A DNA stretch of 9,493 bases from a virus (taxonomy: Duplodnaviria; Heunggongvirae; Uroviricota; Caudoviricetes), in the IMG/VR virus record IMGVR_UViG_2537561618_000014; one strand, given 5' to 3'. Below, piece after piece: positions 7,420 to 9,493 of the stretch. The notes below the pieces were generated by a model that was given only the letters and a program-made list of their open reading frames with translations, did not search any database and had not been told where the DNA came from. The position numbers and the translations under genes were made by a program. The stretch's first letter is position 1, and each line of letters begins with the position of its first letter.

Positions 7420-7428
7420 GAGGGACTC

Positions 7429-7769
7429 TTAATTCTGAGGGAAACGCATTTCCAGATGGTGCTCAATGTCACCATCCGGGCCAGTACCAGGATCGATGTA
7501 ATCCACATCAATACTCAGCAGGGATAAATCCGGCAGGGCATTCACGTCCTCTGCCTGTCGCGTGTCTTCTTCCGTGATTTCATACTTCGCCGTAAAATCA
7601 AACTGGTAATACAGTTCGTAACGGTTCAGATCCAGCAGGGTGCCACCGACATAAACAATCTCGCCCCCTTGCGGGTCCGGCATCCATCCAAGCAGGGCTT
7701 TCCAGAGTTCTCTCCGGACATCATGAACGGCGTCATAGGCTGCCCACTGCCCTTTTTCATCACGCTCAT
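7429..7769 (-). CDS. Phage structural or morphogenesis gene upstream of the sheath (possible neck / tail-completion protein), 5'-truncated by IS600
   Basis: Track ORF 7429-7785; the first five codons lie inside the IS600 terminus, so the true N-terminus is missing. About 113 C-terminal codons remain (NERDEKGQWAAYDAVHDV...EMRFPQN*). Function inferred from position only. Confidence 0.55.
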
Positions 7770-7812
7770 TGAGGTGTACTGGCAATAGCGGACACTACCA
7801 TTTATTCTTTTT

Positions 7813-8631
7813 TTAAGCAGCCATCTGATGATATTTTTCCCTGAAGGCTGCCGGGGAGATATTCCCCAGACGAGAGTGACGACGCTGACGATTGTAGAAA
7901 ATCTCAATGTATTCCCGTATTACTGAGATGGCTTCATCCCGGTTATTAAAACGATAGTGGCTCAGGCTCTCATTTTTCAGCGTTCCCCAGAAGCTTTCCA
8001 TCGGAGCGTTGTCGTAACAGTTACCTTTACGCGACATTGATGTTTTCAGACCAGACTGCTCCTGTATGACCCGGTAATCGTATGCGCAGTACTGTGAACC
8101 TCGATCAGAGTGGTGGATTAGCCCGGCAGGTGGGCGCTGGCTCCTGAGCGCCATAAACAGGGCTTTACCTGTCAGCTCTTTTGTCATGCGCTCTCCCATG
8201 GCGTAGCCGACAATTTCGCACGTATAAACATCTTTGATGCCAGCGAGGTACAACCATCCCTCCTGTGTGGCAACATACGTCAGGTCCGCCACCCAGACCT
8301 GATTTGGTGCTGTAGGAGCGAACGTCTGGTTCAGCAGATTTGGCACAACTGGCAGATTGTGGTTCGGGTTCGTAGTCGCTCTGAACTTGCGTTTCTGCTT
8401 ACAGCGTAGCCTCAGCTCCTTACGAAGACATGCCAGTCGGTCACGACCAACGATGATGCCATTCTCTGCCAGCTCCGTCTGGAGCCGCCGGGTTCCATAT
8501 GTTTCGCGAGTGCGGATATGTGCCACCTTAATCTCCAGTTTTAGCCGCTCATCACTTTGTTTTCTGTCTGAGGGTTCATGCTGTACCCAGTTGTAATAAC
8601 CGCTCCTGGATACACCAAATACCTGACACAT
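7813..8631 (-). CDS. IS600 OrfB (transposase DDE catalytic region; expressed as OrfAB fusion)
   Basis: Track ORF; the OrfB frame actually opens further upstream to the frameshift site near 8716. IS3-family OrfB with DDE-type integrase fold motifs (e.g. ...HSDRGSQYCAYDY...). Confidence 0.9.
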   Translation of the reverse strand: MCQVFGVSRSGYYNWVQHEPSDRKQSDERLKLEIKVAHIRTRETYGTRRLQTELAENGIIVGRDRLACLRKELRLRCKQKRKFRATTNPNHNLPVVPNLLNQTFAPTAPNQVWVADLTYVATQEGWLYLAGIKDVYTCEIVGYAMGERMTKELTGKALFMALRSQRPPAGLIHHSDRGSQYCAYDYRVIQEQSGLKTSMSRKGNCYDNAPMESFWGTLKNESLSHYRFNNRDEAISVIREYIEIFYNRQRRHSRLGNISPAAFREKYHQMAA

Positions 8632-8666
8632 CGCTTCAATGGGAAATTGTTGTCGCCATTGTTCGA

Positions 8667-8969
8667 TTAACGCGTATTTTTCAGCGACTCCTGTGCAAAA
8701 TACGCTGTTGCTTTTTTTAATATATCTCGCTCAAGGCGAGCTTCATTTAACGCCTTACGCAGTTGCAGAATTTCAGATTCCAGTTCAGCCACCGTGCGGG
8801 AACCAGGAGTACCGAGCCCTTTTCTGGCGGCGGTAACCCATTGTCCTAAAGTGCCTTCAGGAAGAGATAATCGGGAAGCGCCTTCACTGATCGAAAGTTG
8901 ATTTTCAAGAACCGTTCTGACAGCTTCGGCTTTGAACTCTTTAGAGTAACGTTGGGTTTTTCTGCTCAT
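8667..8969 (-). CDS. IS600 OrfA (helix-turn-helix / leucine-zipper DNA-binding component)
   Basis: 100-aa ORF MSRKTQRYSKEFKAEAVRTVLENQ...ERDILKKATAYFAQESLKNTR, matching IS600 OrfA as I recall it. Confidence 0.9.
   Translation of the reverse strand: MSRKTQRYSKEFKAEAVRTVLENQLSISEGASRLSLPEGTLGQWVTAARKGLGTPGSRTVAELESEILQLRKALNEARLERDILKKATAYFAQESLKNTR
8712..8718 (-). other. IS600 orfA-orfB -1 frameshift site (A AAA AAA G)
   Basis: Plus-strand T7 at 8712-8718 is A7 in orfA codons L-K-K. A -1 shift reads ...KKSNSVFCTGVAEKYALIEQWRQQFPIEAMCQVFGVSRSG..., joining into OrfB. Confidence 0.6.
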
Positions 8970-9033
8970 TATTAGCTCCTTCTGATGCCATTCTATTTCA
9001 GGAAGGAGTGTCCGTTAAACTCAGGCTACCTCA

Positions 9034-9269
9034 AAAAACTAGTATTAAGACTATCACTTAAATAAGTGATACTGGTTGTCTGGAGATTCAGGGGGCCAGT
9101 CTAATGAGTTCAGTAATATAAGCGAACTGAAGGATGCTGTTACGGAATATATTGAATACTACAACAGCAGAAGAATTAGCCTGAAATTAAAAGGTCTGAC
9201 TCCAAATGAATATCGGAATCAGACCTATATGCCTCGTGTTTAACTGTCCAACTTTTTGGGGTCAGTACA
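9034..9269 (+). mobile_element. Right-end remnant of a second IS3-family element (IS150-group-like), cut by IS600
   Basis: Contains a transposase C-terminal fragment and ends with an inverted-repeat-like terminus ...GTTTAACTGTCCAACTTTTTGGGGTCAGTACA (reverse complement begins TGTACTGACCCC..., resembling IS150-type ends). Begins abruptly at the IS600 boundary. Confidence 0.6.
9070..9243 (+). pseudogene. C-terminal fragment of an IS3-family OrfB transposase
   Basis: Open frame ...GGQSNEFSNISELKDAVTEYIEYYNSRRISLKLKGLTPNEYRNQTYMPRV* with stop TAA 9241-9243; typical C-terminal end of IS3-family OrfB proteins; no start or catalytic region present. Confidence 0.6.
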
Positions 9270-9284
9270 AACCGAGGCCAACGA

Positions 9285-9343
9285 ATGAACCAAGCAATTC
9301 AGATTGTTAGCCTCTTACCCGCCATCCGGCAAGGAGAAAGGCT

Positions 9344-9347
<4 letters not shown>
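9285..9347 (+). CDS. Short mok-like leader ORF (20 codons) coupled to hok
   Basis: ATG at 9285, MNQAIQIVSLLPAIRQGERL*, stop TGA 9345-9347 overlapping the hok ATG (ATGA). Much shorter than canonical mok frames, so the assignment is tentative. Confidence 0.3.

Positions 9348-9493
<146 letters not shown>

Larger units (their letters stand above)
7770..9033 (-). mobile_element. IS600 (IS3 family), complete copy, 1264 bp
   Basis: Terminal repeats TGAGGTGTACTGGCAATAGCGGACACT (7770-) and the imperfect inverse ...AGTGTCCGTTAAACTCAGGCTACCTCA (-9033), with TG...CA termini. Carries orfA and orfB with an A7 frameshift site. Flanking triplets (cat vs aaa) are not a 3-bp target duplication. Confidence 0.9.

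Overview
This window reads as an IS-scrambled prophage tail remnant in an enterobacterial (Shigella/E. coli-like) chromosome. On the minus strand there is a contiguous myovirus tail block: a 5'-truncated gene, a 53-codon coupled ORF, tail sheath, tail tube, a tail assembly chaperone with a -1 frameshift extension, and the tape measure gene. Directly downstream sits an AT-rich gene for a 160-aa exported protein or lipoprotein with its own terminator. The block is bracketed by two direct copies of an IS3-family element I recognise as IS600: a complete 1264-bp copy at 7770-9033 and a copy at 744-1645 that is cut off by an IS1 (1646-2413). Left of the truncated copy is a 5'-truncated phage-associated gene and a terminator. 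Right of the complete copy is the right-end remnant of a second IS3-family element (IS150-like), ending 15 bp before a short mok-like ORF and a complete hokB-like type I toxin gene that finishes on the last base of the window. No head, baseplate or tail-fibre genes, tRNA, rRNA or CRISPR were seen. I found no recognisable defence or secretion system; the most interesting items are the orphan exported protein, a possible frameshift in the tube gene, and the IS-disrupted hok locus. All calls rest on reading the sequence and recalled family features; no database search was run.
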